Part shown: piece after piece, positions 62,786 through 64,000 of the stretch | Layout: the number at the start of each line of letters is the position of its first letter | How positions within the stretch are numbered: the stretch's first letter is position 1 | Assembly: GCA_031431215.1 (NCBI GenBank) | Contig: JANPCZ010000037.1 | Span: forward strand, 6,355-70,354 | DNA length: 64,000 nt | Origin: Myxococcales bacterium | Lineage (GTDB): Bacteria > Myxococcota_A > Polyangia > Fen-1088 | Reading direction: 5' to 3' | Position numbers and translations under genes: made by a program | Notes under the pieces: generated by a model | What the model was told of the DNA's origin: nothing | Seen by the model: only the letters and a program-made list of their open reading frames with translations | Database searches by the model: none

Positions 62786-63328
62786 ATGTTCAGCCCCGCC
62801 ATGTTGAACAGTTTGCGTATGCTGGGTGAGGATCTACGAGAGAAGGCGCGCGCCAACTACCAAAGCGATGGCTTGCCGGCGCTCATCAAGGTGCTGTCAA
62901 CGGACGGAACCCTGGCGATGGTCCTGTATCGCCTGATGCAGGGCTCGCGCGAGTCGGGCCTGGCGCCGCTTGAGATGGTGTTCAACAAGCTCAACTCGAT
63001 CCTGGGCAGCGCGGTGATTGGCCGGGGCGCCGACTTCGGACCGGGGTTTGTGCTGTTCCATTCGCAGGGCGTGGTCATCAACCGGGCGGTGCGGGGCGGC
63101 TCGAACATCCACCTTCACCACGAGGTCACCATCGCCGATGACGGCAAGGGCCGCTGCCCGACTTTGGGCAACAACATCCAGATCGGTGCCGGCGCCAAGA
63201 TCATCGGGCCAGTGACGGTCGGCGATGGGGCGCGCATCGGCGCCAACGCGGTCGTGGTTCACGACGTCGCGCCCGACACGACCGTGGTCGGCATACCGGC
63301 CCGGCCGGTGCGGCGCCGCGCGGGCTAG
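62786..63328 (+). CDS. cysE: Serine O-acetyltransferase (CysE), hexapeptide-repeat family
   Basis: ATG 62786 in frame within ORF 62441..63328. SAT N-terminal helical region followed by left-handed beta-helix repeats. Confidence 0.7.
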   Translation: MFSPAMLNSLRMLGEDLREKARANYQSDGLPALIKVLSTDGTLAMVLYRLMQGSRESGLAPLEMVFNKLNSILGSAVIGRGADFGPGFVLFHSQGVVINRAVRGGSNIHLHHEVTIADDGKGRCPTLGNNIQIGAGAKIIGPVTVGDGARIGANAVVVHDVAPDTTVVGIPARPVRRRAG

Positions 63329-63351
63329 CGCTAGCGCTAAGCGCTAGCGCT
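63327..63351 (+). terminator. Perfect dyad AGCGCTAGCGCT-A-AGCGCTAGCGCT overlapping the cysE stop. Candidate terminator hairpin or dimeric-regulator site.
   Basis: Two copies of a self-complementary 12-mer. Can form a ~11-bp GC-rich stem. No downstream T-tract, which is common in high-GC genomes. Confidence 0.3.
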
Positions 63352-63438
63352 GGGCTGGGCGCAGCAAGGTGGCAGCAGGGGGGGTGTTTTGTCCCGATCC
63401 CACATGCCGGGCGTATTGGCTCGGACACAATGAGTTCC

Positions 63439-64000
63439 ATGAAACGCCACGCGTGTCGTCTGGCAACGTTGATTGCAATCGCCATGGCCGGGGTCGCCCC
63501 GCCGGGCCTTGCCCGCGCCAGCGCCCCGAGCGCTGTGAAGGTGAAGCCCAGCCGGATCGAGTGGGAACCCAACAAGGACGCTCCGGATCTCATCCGCGTC
63601 TATGGGCCGTTGTCTCTTTGGGGCCAGAACGCCGTGTGCAGTGAAGGACCGTCGCCTCGCCCCGGGCATCCCGCGCCGACCTGCGGCAGCTACCTTTACT
63701 ACCGATGTCCGGCTGGCCGGCAGGCGCTGTGTCGCATGGAATGGAAGGACCTCCAGCGAGCGCTGGATACCGGCACCACCGCATCCTTCGGTGATCAACT
63801 GCGGTTGCCACGACCACGCCCGCTCGGCGAGGCGCCGAGCGCGCCGGACGAGTACACCTTCAATTTTGGTGTCATGGTTGACGAGGGCTTCTTCTGCACC
63901 AGGGCCGAGCAATGGGTGTGCCAGGGGGACACGCCCGATGCGGGCGCTGACCGACCGGCCGTTGCCGCTGCGCCCGACACTGCGCCCGATATTGCGGCGG
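63439..64000 (+). CDS. Hypothetical secreted Cys-containing protein (5' partial, continues beyond the window)
   Basis: ATG 63439 then an open frame to the window end with no stop. Signal peptide MKRHACRLATLIAIAMAGVAPPGLARA. Not in the ORF track because it lacks a stop. Confidence 0.35.
   Translation, partial: MKRHACRLATLIAIAMAGVAPPGLARASAPSAVKVKPSRIEWEPNKDAPDLIRVYGPLSLWGQNAVCSEGPSPRPGHPAPTCGSYLYYRCPAGRQALCRMEWKDLQRALDTGTTASFGDQLRLPRPRPLGEAPSAPDEYTFNFGVMVDEGFFCTRAEQWVCQGDTPDAGADRPAVAAAPDTAPDIAA

Overview
Very GC-rich (~68-70% by eye) bacterial chromosomal segment. The gene content suggests Myxococcota: an FtsZ with a long Pro-rich linker, PilZ proteins, Cys-rich repeat lipoproteins, DUF4388/J-domain proteins and a TatT-associated TRAP transporter. 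The window opens with the distal end of the dcw cluster (ftsQ-ftsA-ftsZ) and is mostly housekeeping. Recognisable genes include smpB, a Gre factor, glnE, a PP2C phosphatase, a TatT-DctPQM TRAP transporter, mrp/apbC, ribA, def, folB, arfB, yggX, an MFS transporter, two tRNA-Ser genes, tatC and tatA/B, a fatty-acid desaturase, cysD-cysNC, an LMW-PTP, miaB, glmU, ilvE, a Sir2 deacylase and cysE. Three regions look like accessory or horizontally acquired DNA. (1) A lower-GC block at ~5.9-13.3 kb carries a large secreted hydrolase-like protein, a Cys-type sulfatase and a DUF1501/PSCyt-PSD-like pair that resembles Planctomycetes/Verrucomicrobia genes. (2) A lower-GC islet at ~28.9-30.6 kb carries an AlbA_2/Schlafen-like DNA-binding protein plus a RelE/ParE toxin-antitoxin pair. 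(3) A ~5 kb insert between tRNA-Ser(CGA) and tatC (40.4-45.5 kb) is bounded by a 43-nt perfect direct repeat (~60 nt imperfect) of the tRNA 5' half and its upstream flank. This insert holds a tightly packed minus-strand operon of four proteins I cannot assign to any family (149, 182, 208 and 810 aa, the last with an N-terminal SEC-C motif), and no integrase. It is the best candidate for an undescribed system, possibly defence-related. No CRISPR array, rRNA or obvious transposase was seen. Gene starts are approximate because the ORF track allows GTG/TTG starts. All functional calls come from reading motifs by eye, with no database searches.
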